Below are positions 25,707-40,859 of a stretch of 64,000 nucleotides of DNA, piece by piece. Positions within the stretch are counted from its first letter, which is position 1. The number at the start of each line of letters is the position of its first letter. The DNA is taken from the NCBI GenBank assembly GCA_951406725.2, contig OX597815.1, positions 90,148,001 through 90,212,000 of the forward strand. Reading direction: 5' to 3'. The translations under genes were made by a program, and so were the position numbers. The stretch comes from Octopus vulgaris (Eukaryota). Below the pieces are notes generated by a model. The model had not been told where the DNA came from. It saw only the letters and a program-made list of their open reading frames with translations, and did not search any database.

Positions 25707-26830
25707 AAGAGAAAAATTTCAAGGAGACACGCCCTCTCTACACTCATATTCTGCTTAGCACTGACACATTTAAAGAATATGCTAAAGAGAACTGGATGTG
25801 GATACAACTGCTATGGTAATACAATCAGCCTTCACTTGTATATCAGTGATTTAAAACCATATACTACTGATGACAAACAGCTGGAAATATTGCTACAGAG
25901 AGTGCATTAATTTACCAAATAAATAAACAAGAAACTCGGCTTAGAGAAACGTGCCAACGGAACCTTGAAAAGAAGAAAACTAGTTAAGAGTAATAATATC
26001 AGATTAGATAATGCAAATGAAATAAGAGAATTAGATCACATCCAGACATACAGATACTTAGGAATCAATGAACTAGATACGGTACAGCACACACAAAGGA
26101 AAGAGAAGATGAGAAAGGAATACTATAAACGAATTAAATTAATAGTTAAAACATAACTAAATGCGAGATACAAGATGATGGGTATCAACATTCTAGCCGT
26201 CCCAGTTATAAGTTACAGCTACAATGCTTTTAACTGGGCTCTAAATGAACTAATCAAACTAGGCAGGAAGACAAAAAAACATGATAATCCAATTTAGGAT
26301 GTACCACACAAAATCTGACATATAAAGGTAATATATACAACGAATTGAAGGTGGTAGAGTGCTTATACAACTAGAAATATATTATAAAATAACGGCCATA
26401 AGATTGCAGAAATTACTAATTCAGAAGCAAGTAAAACTGGTACAAATAACCACAAAACACGAGCAAAACCAAAAACTGTTTCCTGCTTTTAAGGGAGCCA
26501 AAAACTACAAGGAAGACGTCATAATACCCGAAGAAAAATATGAAACAAGAGCTGAAAACAAATAAGATCCAAACTAAAACTGGCACAACAATGCATCATG
26601 ATAAAGCGATGGCAAGAAAGGCCCTTACATGACAAATATTGGGATATGCTACACAGAAAAGAAGTAGATAACGTAAAATCCCAACAAAGGCCGAGAAGCT
26701 CAGAGACCAGAGCAGTGACTGGAGGATTTTTAATTGCAGCACATAAGCAAATCCTCTCCATGAGAAATAGCTAAAACACGCAATGAAAAAAAGCACAAGT
26801 ATCTGAATTATATAGGGTGATGGCCAAGAA
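25707..26830 (+). mobile_element. R4/Dong RT-thumb fragment
   Basis: LSTLIFCLAL..HLYISDLK (YMDD-like), YRYLGINE, INILAVPVISY, EGGR. Confidence 0.85.
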
Positions 26831-26859
26831 GGAATATATCCACATTACTGAAATATGTA

Positions 26860-28160
26860 TTTTCGACAGCAAAATGCGAAAACTGTTGACAATGCAGAGA
26901 TTGCACCACACTAAGGCAGATATAGAACGACTTTACCTGCCAAGAAAAGAGGGTGGCCGTGGACATTTACAACTGGAATGAACAATGAAGATTGCCACAA
27001 TTGGCCTAAACACCTACCTGAAAAGCTATGATGACTGGATGTTAAAACTTGTCTTAAAGCATGAAATCAAGAAAGTATCATGCTCAATAACAAAACAGGC
27101 AAAGGAATATCTAATTAAATTCGAAATATAGTAAATCCCAGAATTAGACGTACTGGAAACAAGCACAGAAAAAAGCTAAGCGTATGAAAACCCGTGGTAA
27201 AACTGCTGCCTTATAAATGGCAAGAAAAACCTTTCTGTGGCAAGTACCCAAAGAGAGCTAATAATGCCGATGTTGACAAAGCCCTTACCCATGAATGGTT
27301 AGTGTCTTTTCGTTTAAAATCAGAAGCAGTTGGGGTTATCATAAGAGCCAGAGATCAATGCCTACCTACAAGGAGCTACTAGGCCAACATATTAAAGAAC
27401 GGCAGTAGCCCAACATGTGTATGTAAACAACAAAATGAAACCGTTGATCATGTTTTCTCCATGTGTAGTTTCTTGCTCCTACAGAGTTTCTCAACAGGTA
27501 TGATAGAACAGCACAGTATATTCACTGGATAATTTGCAAAACCCTGGACCTGCCCCATGATAAAAAATGGTGGGAACACAAACCATCCCCAGTGCATGAA
27601 AATGAACGCATCTCACTCATCTGGAACTTCACCGTTCAAACTGATAGAAAGATAGATACGAATAAGCCAGACATTATATTATGTCTCCTCATTGATATGA
27701 CTGTCCAAATCGACATAAATCTATCTGTCAAGTCCTACCAAAAACTGAGCCAGTATAAAGATCTTGAAATGGAAATTGGCAAAATGTAGAACCTCAAGAC
27801 AAAAACAATACCTCTCGTCATACGTGCCTCGGAATAATAGCAAAAGGGACTGATTCCTACCTAGGTCAGACAACAGGAAACCCTAAAATGGTAGGAATTC
27901 AAAAGATAGTACTCATGGGAACTGCCCATATCCTACGTAAAATATTGTCTATGTAATCTAAAATATTAAAACAAATTTATAATTTTCTCATGTTTTCTTA
28001 AACATTCTCTAGGACAATACGATATGCAAAACCAAATATATGGCACCCTAGGCATAGCACCAACTTGAACGTCTAACTTGTTGTCTCTTGAGGTCTCTGG
28101 GTAAGACTTGGAGTCGACTTGTACAAACACAAAGCAAAAGTATAATAATAATAGTAATAA
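26860..28160 (+). mobile_element. Second R4/Dong 3' half with 3' UTR and TAA tail
   Basis: HHTKADIERLYLPRKEGGRG; DQCLPTRSY; TNKPDII..LLIDMT..KYKDLE-like; MGTAHILRKILSM*; ends TATAATAATAAT. Confidence 0.9.
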
Positions 28161-29559
28161 TTACATATGCATACATATCTCTACACATCCTCTACACATG
28201 TACACATTGCTGTTCCTCGTCAGTCGCTTATACATCAATAATGATTATAAAGTTTATACAACCCATTTTTAATGGAAGCCATCTTGGAAAATCGAAAGAT
28301 TTTTCTTATATGAAGTATATATATATACATAGCTTCCCTCAGATGCACTGCCACAACAAAACGTGCGTCAGAATGTAAACACGTGGACTGCAATACCTCT
28401 ATACCAAGTCTGATAAACTATGAGTAAAATGTTCATCCCTTATTCAACTATATCTCTACAGCTCCTCTCTACATATGTACATTGCTGTTTCTCCGTCAAC
28501 CGCCTGTATATCAAATGTATAAAAATGTGTCTTGTCTAAAAATTATCCCTAGAAAATGAAAGGGGGGGTGCGTAGCTTATTGCACGTGTTCAAATAAATA
28601 TCTGCCAAAATTTAAGGAGTGAGAAGGAAGCTAATGTCAGACTGATATGCCAATATTTACATCCATCTATACAGTTGCTCTATATAATACGTTGCTCAAA
28701 ACAGCAAAAGTGAAACAGGCTTGGGATATGAGATTTAACTCTCGCACGTTAATGTCTCTATCTTGGAACGTGTGTAGGTTGTGAGAACCGAAGTGACGAA
28801 GAATTACATGATGTGTAGAGGTTACTACGGATTTGCACATCATTTTTATCCCCACAAAACCACGAACATACATTCTAGAACATGGCCCAGAAATAGTACC
28901 AGTGAAATTGAAACAAAAAAATATCGACTCGGGAATCCGGTGTGCACTTTACCAACAATACCTGAAATCATATTTCAAAATTGGTGGCGGAAATTGTCTA
29001 ATCCTCAAACCTTTGGCCAGGATATTGCAAGAGTATGTGTTGATGGGTGCTTACAGCTATAAAGAATTTGGTCAGTAAACGCAAAAAGATTAGAAGTTCG
29101 CTTGAAGAAAAATGTAAGACTCCGACAGAAGTGAACATTAAAATGGCGGGAAATCACACACCCGAAATTAATCATGTATTCCCTTTGCAAAAGAACACTG
29201 ATGATGACGATGAGAAGAACGAAGAATAAACTGTATTTCGAGAACAGCACATTTATCTGGGACAAATGCAATCTGAATATCATGAGACAATTCGTACGCC
29301 TTGAATAAGGGAGTCCAGTTGAACTCTACTACTTTCATAAAGTATGAAATCGTCCAAAAACAGCAAGCGGTTTAACTGGTCACGTGATCGTTTGCGGTTT
29401 GTAACCAGCACTTATCTTCAAAACCAGGGAGAGTGTTAACACGAAAACAATAAACAGCAGAAGTAGCAAGATTCCGTTCTTGTTGACTTTTTCAATTTCC
29501 TTTCCACCTGCTGTGAAAATTGTCTTAGAGTTCCTCACTATTGATATAATATGACATAT

Positions 29560-31190
29560 TTCTAGCTGCACTCACCATCTCCAGGCAATTTACAGACCAC
29601 GAGTGACAACCATAGTGTATGATTTCTTACATTCAATCTAAGCCAGATACGCTTGTGAACATTCTCTGACAGTTCCTCTAAATTGCTTTATCTATCAGTA
29701 ACTGGTACTTCGTTCCTCGTGAGCCGTACCTGCAGCCCTTTTCTTCATCTGCTAGCTCTGCATTTTCTCTTTAATGTGGTTGTACAGTTATTTTCCTATT
29801 ATTTCAACTAGAAGCTTCTACATCAAAGGTAAGCAAGAAATGGGATGGTAGTTACTCGCCTCGATACACTTGGCTGGGTTTTGCAGGATCAGCACAGTTG
29901 TTCCTTGGCCAACTATCCTGGTACAATTCTTTGGAGTACACAGCTTTGCAAGAGCTCTTGTAGCTTGGCATGCAACTTCGTCAGTCGCTTAAAAAAAAAA
30001 CGCTAGTTCCGGATCAAGTGCGTTCGAGTTCCTCATCTTATTAATTCCTGCTTCAATATCCTCCAACGAGATGGTAATATAGTTTTGTGCCTCCATGTCA
30101 CTGAATTATTATTCCACTATTTGTACCCAGGGTGTCTTCTTGTTGTATTTGCCTTCTAGCCAGATTTTGCTGCAAAGCGAAATTGCTTCGGTGGGATCAA
30201 GTAACTTTGATTTCTTCTCTAATTCCACCATCCAGGACTCGTAGAACAGTATCTTATTTGTTTGAATTGTAAACAACTTTTCTCGTATCTTCAACCCACT
30301 TTGATCGTTTGTTTTGAGAAAGGCGAAGGACACAAAGTGTCATTTTCCTCTGGATGATATGTCTTATCATTGTGGTTCTTTTAACTTTGACAGAACATCA
30401 TATTTTCTCTCTTTACTTTCTCGATCTTACATTTATCCTTCAAACCTCAATCAATACTTCTCATTATTCTCCTTTTCCTGAATGACTTTTGCTTCTTTTC
30501 TCTTTCTTGTATCTAAAAGCATTGATGTACATCAAAGAATTAACTTTCACGCAGTCCGTAATTGGAACTTTAACAACTTCATTTGCTTTTCCGAGGAGTT
30601 CTGATCTTAGGTTTGGTCTCTCACATGATCTAAATGGTAGCAATCTTTTCTCTTCTTGAAGGAACATTGCCGCCAGAATGCTGTCGTGGTGAATAGTTAG
30701 TTCTGGGCTACTTTTCTACCGGTAGCCCTCCAGTTTGAGGTACACTAGCGTCTTCTGTAGCTAGTACAATTCCTCCTTCAATGTCCAAGCTCTGTTAATT
30801 GACTTATTTAACGGGTGTTTTTCTGGAACTGTATCTCCTGCAGTTTCCGTCACACTGCCATGGTAGTTTCCTCTTGTTCAATATTGTGTAACCACTTCTT
30901 CATTTTAAGGTGTGTGATCTGGTCAGCCAACCTTTGTTCACTCACATTCTTTAGGTCATAACGTTGGTAATATTTTTCCATAGCTCTTTACATTTTGCTC
31001 TGGAGACTGGATTCTCTGACTCCTAATGCAACATTCAAAGAACTCGTTTTTCTCTTTTGTCCATATTTATCAACTTTGTGAGTCACCAATGGCTTGATTA
31101 CCACCTCACCTGCGTTGTTGTTCCACAGGACAAAGTCCGGTTGCAACTTCTAAAGGCTTCAGCTTCGATGACATCATTACGACTACGTTT
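29560..31190 (-). mobile_element. R4/Dong 5' half (N-terminal Myb-like domain to start of RT)
   Basis: WTKEKN..ECCIRS..VSEQRLADQI (~30915-31065); NYHPISCLPLM*KLL (~29810-29855). Confidence 0.85.
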
Positions 31191-31289
31191 GAATTTAGAG
31201 ATTTTTTCTCATGAATGAGATGTGCATTTTAAGGTTGCCACTAAATGGTGCGTATGTCGTTCCACCATCACTAGACAGGTTGTCAGCCA

Positions 31290-32060
31290 AAACTTCCAAG
31301 AGATCTGTCTACCTTCGTTGAAGCTGATAACCCTACACGAGTCACAAAATTCAGTGTTTAGCATCACAGGAAATAAAGAAAGACTCGTATGGATGGACTT
31401 TGTTTTCGTCTTCCATCTGTATTTATATCCATATTTCCTACTGCATATTACAGCAACTCTTCGTCATCGTTTACCAAATACTCGGCAAGCGTTCTCCTTT
31501 CACTTCTTATACAGTAATACGCATTGATGAGACTTCTACTAGTCTTCCTTTTCATGTACAATCTGATTATGTTACTTTAGGGTAAACATGCTCCAGAGAA
31601 TGTCATTTCTTGTCAAATACTGATATTTCTTCCTCAGTCCACCCGAGAATAAATGCACTGTATCTAACCAATGGAACTGTCCAGATATTCATTGCAGTAA
31701 CTAGATTCTTCGCTTTCAGGTTGAATTCTAAAATAATATTTACTTTTTTAAATATGTCACTTCAATCCTTTCTTTCATTACTGCATGTAAAATATCATCC
31801 AGTTCTAAAATCCCCAAACAATCCTATCCACTATTATCTGGTTCACTCATGTTTTCTCCCTATGGCAAGCATAATCCACTTCAGGCAACTTTCATTCTTC
31901 TCATATTCAGAACAGAAGTCTGTAATTCCACACCAATGTCGCTGGTATATATCTGCACTCATTTAACCAAAGATTCTATCTGATTTTCAGATTTCTCAAA
32001 CAGCTTCAGGTCATCCATAAACAGAAAGATCATTTATGCATGGTCCCGTTTTCCTTTTTA
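31290..32060 (-). mobile_element. R4/Dong RT core-thumb fragment
   Basis: FMDDLKLFEKSENQ (~31980-32022), GILELDDILH, LKAKNLVTAMNIWTVPLVRYSA. Confidence 0.85.
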
Positions 32061-32068
32061 TGAATGGT

Positions 32069-32700
32069 ATTCTTCTTCTTCTTCTTCTTCTTCTTCTTCT
32101 TCTTCTTCTTCTTCTTCTTCTTCTTCTTCTTCTTCTTCTTCTTCTTCTTCTTCTTCTTGTTCTTGTTCTTGTTCTTCTTCTTCTTCTTCTTCTTCTTCTT
32201 CTTCCTCCTGCTCATCACACTCCTCCTCTTCATCATCATCATCGTCATCATCTTCTTCCTCCTCCTCACCCTCCTCCTCTACTTCATCATCGTCATCACC
32301 TTCTTGTTCGTCTCTTCCTCCTACACCTCTTGCTCATCATCATCATCGTCACCAACATCATCTTATTCTTCTTCGTTTCTTCCTCCACATCATCATTATC
32401 TTCTCTTTTTCATCTTTATCATCTTCTTCTTCTTCGTCTCCCTCCTCCTCCTCATCATCATCTTCTTGTTCTCTTCCTTCTTCTTATCTTCATCATCATC
32501 ATCATTATCATCTTCCTCTTCCTCTTCGTCATCATCATTATCATCATCATCATCTACTACTATTTTTCTTTCTTTCATATTCTTTTCTCCTTCTTTTCTT
32601 CTGCTTTTCCCTCTTATCTTCCTCCGCTTTACCATCATCATCTTCATCATCATGTCGTTTTCTTCTTGTTATCGTTGCTATTTTACTTGATGCTGTTGTT
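32069..32700. repeat. (CTT)n grading into mixed CTT/CAT/CCT low-complexity tract
   Basis: Direct inspection; source of the poly-L/F/K/S ORFs. Confidence 0.95.
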
Positions 32701-33951
32701 TTTGTTCTTATTCTATTCTGTCGTATTCTAGCTCTTTATATTAATGGCAATTTAGAGGCATTCTGTCCACAATTTTACTTCACATATGAGATAAAATTTT
32801 GCCTGGTTTATTGTAGTCCATATCGAGGGAGCGTACCACTATTCAGTACAAGATGAATGTTCTATATTGACTGAATATTTGCAATTCCAGTTATAATCTT
32901 GTTTCAACGCCATTATTTTTCACATGACCCCAATTACAGTGTCTGCTTCGAAATATTAATTATTTCACACGCACTTGAATGTTCTTTTGTCACTGGAACA
33001 ATGACGTGTTTAGTAATGAATAAAGACGAAATAAGTTCGTTACATAAAACACTCTTAAAACAGTAAGCCTTAAATTATCATTATTCTTCACCTTACTACT
33101 ACTACTACTACGACGACGACGACGACGACAGTCACCACCACCACCATTGACCAAACTTCAGATAACAGTTTAGAAATTTGTGTGCAAACTTACTAGCAGT
33201 ACAATTCGTAACTACAAAAGTAAAGAGACATGTATCGAAGATTTTTTCTAACTGGTTGCCCCTACATTTCCAACAAAGAGTCATTGTAACACACTACATT
33301 ACTCAATACAAAGCCAAACGAAATAAGAGGTTTTTGTTTTGGTATAACAACATTTGACAGAGGGTTCCAGAATATAACCGAAGCTCCATCACTAACAAAA
33401 CACAAACACTAATACATTCAAGTCACGTATATCTGAACCTTGTAACGAAGTAAAAATAATTTCTGTTTCTTGGAGAATTGTTGAGCTATAGATCAATAAT
33501 GATACCATCTTCAAACCTAGCGATTTTACATGATTATTGCACACCACCCCATGGTGCGTATATTAAGGATAAATCTGCTAAAATAGTTGATTTCCTTTGA
33601 TTATTCACCCTTCTCTCAGACAATATGTTAGAATACATTAGGTAATATAGACATGACTAAACTTATAAATACTGCATAGTCGTGACTGGAAAAACATTGA
33701 TCTTAGGTATTTTCATTGGATAGTCATGGCTGGAAGGACATTGATCTTAAGTATTTTCATTTTATGTTTAACTGAGAACAAGCATCAAAACAGCAATTAC
33801 TGCTTGAAAATTTTAAGGCGTGAAATTTCTCAAAAAGTTGAGAAAGGTAAAAGTTTTATAGTCTCCATTAACATAACACTTAAAAAAGACTACACGCACA
33901 AACACGTGTGAATGTGTGTGTGTGTGTGTATGTAAGTATGGTTGTATATCA

Positions 33952-35750
<1,799 letters not shown>

Positions 35751-37699
35751 TGTGTGAAGTTGGAGTATTTGCGGGATAGAGCAAAGTGTTTTATCTAAAT
35801 TTAAGAATATTTAATTTGGAAATAGCTTCACTCTAGAAATACAACATGAAAGTACTCCACCTGATAAAGTTCATAATTGTTTTTGTGAACACTCAAAAGC
35901 CACAAAATAGCTCTTGCAAACTTTTAGAAGGTAACTGATGAAATTAGATTGTGGTATCAACAAGTATTATACAATATCATTAACTGTTCAGTTTTCTAAG
36001 TTTAGTTAACATAACGCAAGCAACCATACGAACAACAAAGCAACGTTGATGCATTAACGTATATATTTTACATATAATATTACACCGTTTTAATTCAACA
36101 CTAATTTTCAAAGCTTCAGACATAAAAAAAAATCGATGCATACTTATTGAAATTATATGAGGAAACCTCTCTCACATTATTCACAAATATTTGACATAGA
36201 GTAGCATATGTCATTTAAAACTTTAATCGAACAAGGCTTACTAGGAATTCAGCTTTATATCATTTGTGTGATTAATTATAATGATGATGTTTATATTCAA
36301 TTGAATACAAAATGCATATTGACACATGTAGGATAACTGTTGTGAAATTGTGTTTAGCATATAAATTATAAATTTTGAAGATTACATAGATCCCAGTTGT
36401 CGACGATCGTTAAGGCAACTCTCGTTACCTTCTCGTCTAGCACATCTAATGTCTGAATTTTTACTAAATTATATACACATAATTATTTAAAACGAGAGCA
36501 GAGTTGCAAATACGTAATCCTTTCACAATACCAAAATATAGGCACTTTAGTAGCCATAAATAGACTAAAATAAAACAAACATAACAGCTTTCGATTATAA
36601 ACTATAAAATCTGCATCGTCACGAATATATTTCAAAGTTTTATTGTTATTGTCTTGTATCAGATGCATATTCAGTTACTAAATGAATTTGAACATTGAAT
36701 TTATTGCTGAATTTATTAAACATGTACTAAACCAAAAACAGTAACAAACAAAATGCACTACGATTATGTAAACAATTACTCAATCTAATGTATTCATAAT
36801 GATAATGGTTCTTTCTAGATCATTGGTAAAAGATTTATGGTATGTAGTTGCGTCACTGTATATTATACTTTCAAACTTCGCCATCATAGCTCTCCTTTCT
36901 TCTTGTATTGAAAATGTGTGTATCAGTCAAGGACTGGTGCCCATATAACCCACTTCCTTCTTTCCAATTTTGTAACCCTGCATCTCTGTGAGAAATCTTT
37001 ATTAATATTTAGAATTTGTTTTAAGTTTATTATGTATTTTCTCTGCACTACTGAGCGTTATTCTATCCAACTGGTACACGTGCACTGTTTTGCTCTTGTT
37101 TTCGTGTTTTCTATATTACCATAATAAGAGTACATTTCGTAATGAGTGCAAATTCTGGTAATACACTTTACAGTTAAGGCATATTTTTAGCCTTAGAGAT
37201 TTTTCTGCATTTTAAATATTCCCCAGGAAGCTATATTAATAAGATTTTCCTTCTCTTTCTTTTTGTTTATATTTTTTGTAACAGCTGCACTTTCCTGTAG
37301 AGCTGAAGTTTATTTGGATGCCGCCTTACTTTTGCTGTCCTTAATATTGCGACAAGGTGTGCTTATTGATCATCTTCATTTTTATTATGGTTGTGGTAGA
37401 GTATGAGATATCTGCTTTCAGTTGTTGTTTGAGCTGTTGTTTAATCAAATTTTATTGCGGTTAAGAATTAGCTGTGTTTTGCTCATGGAGACATGTCGAT
37501 CGCCTTTGGATCAGTTAGTTCTCACCTTATGATGGTTTTGCGTTGTTCAATCCTTTTCCTTGTCAAATTTTCTTTTTATTCTCACTTCGATTTCGTCACT
37601 CGACAAAGCAATTTATTCAGGGATATATGTAGTAACTAAGGAGAAAGGTAGGCATTCATGTGCATCTGTGTTTTTCTGTCTGCGTTGGGGGCTAAGAGT

Positions 37700-38700
37700 A
37701 ATTTGAGAGGTTTTCTTTAGTTGTTTTAAGAGATTGCATTATGTTATAGGGTTGTCGATTGACGTCTCCCGTCTACGCCTCACAGTCTAATGACTCAAGG
37801 TTTGGTGAGCTAGGAGACCACATCTCTGGGAGAACATGATCACAGAATCTGGTACGCATCCAAGCTTGGGTTTTCTATCCTTATGAGACGGGTGAAATTC
37901 CTTATAGAAGACTTACAGTCTTTCGTTGCGTACTCTGTCTAAACAAGAGTCTCACAGCCTACTCGAATTCTTGTGCAGACAGCGATATTTGCTATTAAGC
38001 CTTGTGAAAAGTAAATGAGGAGGTATGACTTCTACCTCGTTGTTGACTACTCCCAGAACAATCACATTTGCTGGAAACTTAGTATGCATGGCCGTTGCAA
38101 CCTCATTCGGATATATGCATAACCATTTGGCATCCCTTTGGTTTACCTTTAGGTCCTCATTTAAGGTTTTCTCATTAAAAAAGCTACATCATTGCATCCT
38201 CTCTAGTTTTAACTTTTATTTAGCAAGAGCTTTGCACGGATAGAACAATTCTTCTCCGTCACATCTAACATAAACTGATCCCTTTGCAACATATACGACT
38301 TGTAACTGATGTCTTTGAGCACAGATCTTGTAATGGTGCATTCTGAAAACTTGAAGTCTGATTGACTTTGTAATGGTGCATTCTGAAAACTTAGGTGTTC
38401 TGATGGCATTAGCATCCTGCGTATGCGCTTTGCGTCTAGCTGCTGATTTGAATTCGCATCTGCATCTCCCAACTCCTTTCGAACTTTGAAAACGAAGAAT
38501 CGGGCAACTTTCAGAAAGCAAGTTATCTCTGTATCACCATGCTGCATTTTTAAGGAGATGATTACCACCAGCCTTTTCATTTGCTGAGACAATCTGATGT
38601 CTGGCATTTCCTGTCTGAAAAGTAAAGTAAGAAAATTAATTTAGAAGATATTTAGACCTCTTCATAGAGGTGACCTCAAAAAATTACCGCGCCCAGTAGT
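37700..38700 (-). mobile_element. Tc1/mariner superfamily transposase relic (maT/DD37D-like)
   Basis: DTEITCFLKVARFFVFKVRKEL..KAHTQDANAIRTPKF..SECTITRSVLKDISYKSY; WSPSSPNLESLD (WPPxSPDLNPLD); internal 25 bp tandem duplication at 38328/38368. Confidence 0.8.
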
Positions 38701-40219
38701 TTTTGTTGGTGGTACTGATTCTCCTCTATCGGTTATTTTGGATATTGTTAGTGTTTAGATATTAACTGTACATTCATTTAATAATGATAAGGGTATGGGG
38801 GAGCCAAAAACTGGAAAATTTAAAAGGAAATCAACAAAACACGAGAAAACTTAAGAGACAAATACACAAATGCAACAACAATCAGAATAACAACAACACC
38901 GAAAAGTTTTACAACTTCATTCGTAACAGCAAATAACTGTAGGGACGTCGAAAATTGGGCTTGCAAAAAGGAAGGAAAGAATTGCTATCTTACATAACAC
39001 AAAGCAATGATGTAGCGACAGAGAGGAACCTTTCAATAAAAGCTCAGTGAAAGACATACAGGACCTGAAATTGATAAGACTGCATATAGATAGAGGAAAT
39101 TAAGAGAGATTCCCAATTGAAGTGTGGACCTCATATTATTTCATACTTCCTCCATCATTAATACTTGAAACATCGACAATTGTGTAGACGCCCTTATATA
39201 CACTTTGTTAAATCAAGAGAGTGTTTTATCTGCATCGTTGTCGCTCACCCTTATTCCATTGAGTATGATATAATAGATACGAATTTAACGGTATTTTCAA
39301 TTTTAAAAACATCCAACCGAGTTCATATCCAGACTAGATGACAAGGTAGCCGTAGTCCTGGGTAGTTTTTGTTCAATAATTCATAAACTGTATCAACTAC
39401 ATATTCTTCCAGGGTGTTATAGCCCCAGAATTATTTGAGATGACAGGAGTCACGTCATGGTTTATTGTATTAAGTAATGACTAGTTATATGCATATGCCA
39501 CTCCGTCATACAAATAATTATGCATTTTGTTTAATACTCTCATAAAATTGTGTAATTTCGATTCTAATTCTTAAAGACCTATGTAATGGGCACAACAGTA
39601 AAAAAGAAACACAGCATTGTAATACTCACAGCGGGGAATCATTTCATTTATGCGACATGAAATTAGGAGGAATCGAAATTTTGGAATTATTTAAGTGCTA
39701 GTAGCATCATAAAACAATACTAACTCTTTGTTGATAGTACGCTGCACCATTCCTTCTCTCTTTATCTTTTCTTTTATATTTTTCAGTCTTATTTAACATG
39801 TACAGGAAAGTTTTGCTTCGTTCAATACTAGTTTCACTTTATATGTAATATGATAATATTTACTGTATTAATTTCTAAGAACAAATTTCATATTGTCCTT
39901 CCTGCAATATCGTAAAACTTTTATCTTATCAAGAATCACATAGCAATTCATTATTTCAATTTCAATTAGACATTCTTAACCCTGAAATTCAATAATGTAG
40001 CAGCCATAGTTAAATCCAGTAAATGTTCATTGATTCCCTTAACACATGACATTCATTATTTTCTTTTAGAATATAAAATTTATTTCATTATGTAAGACTT
40101 CAAATTTTATAATGTTGTTCATGGAGTATATTTGTTATATACCTCATGCAATATACCATGCTGCTGCAAAAGGTATGACGCTTTCACTAGGTTATATTAA
40201 GACAAAACAACAATCATTT

Positions 40220-40374
40220 AGTTTGAAGTTTGCTTTCTAACCACACCGTTTAGGGTTCAGTCCTACTGTGTGACACGTTCACACGTGTCTTTACTATGGA
40301 CCCCGTGCAGACCAAGGCCTTGATAGCATATTTGGTCGACGGAAACTTGAAGAAGCCCATCGAGTCTCTCTCTC

Positions 40375-40426
<52 letters not shown>

Positions 40427-40595
40427 AGGAGAGAGGCAGACAGATGTGTGTGTGCGCGCGCGCGTGCTTGCCTTTGTCTTCCACCAACGCTTTAATACCA
40501 ATGCTGGTTTGTTTACTTCCCTACAGCTTAGTGGTTCGGCAAAACACGTCAATAGAATAAGTAGTGGAGTTGATCTGTTTGACTAAACTCTTCAC
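40220..40595 (+). mobile_element. tRNA-SINE family A, diverged copy
   Basis: GGGTTCAGTCCTACTG..GACGGAAACTTGAAGAAGCCC..microsatellite..CTTAGTGGTTCGGCAAAA. Confidence 0.8.
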
Positions 40596-40859
40596 TGATA
40601 TAAGATATAAGATACCTTTTATCTCAGTTTTAAATATTGTGTACTTCTAGAGCTTACGAAATGCAAGTAGTCGCCAGAATTGTCTTTTATGGTAGAGACA
40701 TAGTTTATAATCATTTCCGAGAAGAGATCCATCACTTTCTGGTACATGAAATAGGCTATTGCGCATTCATATTTTGCCGAACGGTATCTATATGCAATGC
40801 AAGAGGTGATATCACTAAATACCTCGATTATTATGTATCACAGAGTACCTCGATTATTA

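Noticed and set aside
32030-32731. 231 aa and 208 aa hydrophobic ORFs
   Set aside because: Low-complexity trinucleotide tract with no domain
33676-33762. ~43 bp tandem duplication
   Set aside because: Simple two-unit local duplication with no further structure
36900-37500. Possible further non-LTR remnant (and a PLE-like remnant at 47700-48450)
   Set aside because: Single weak motifs only
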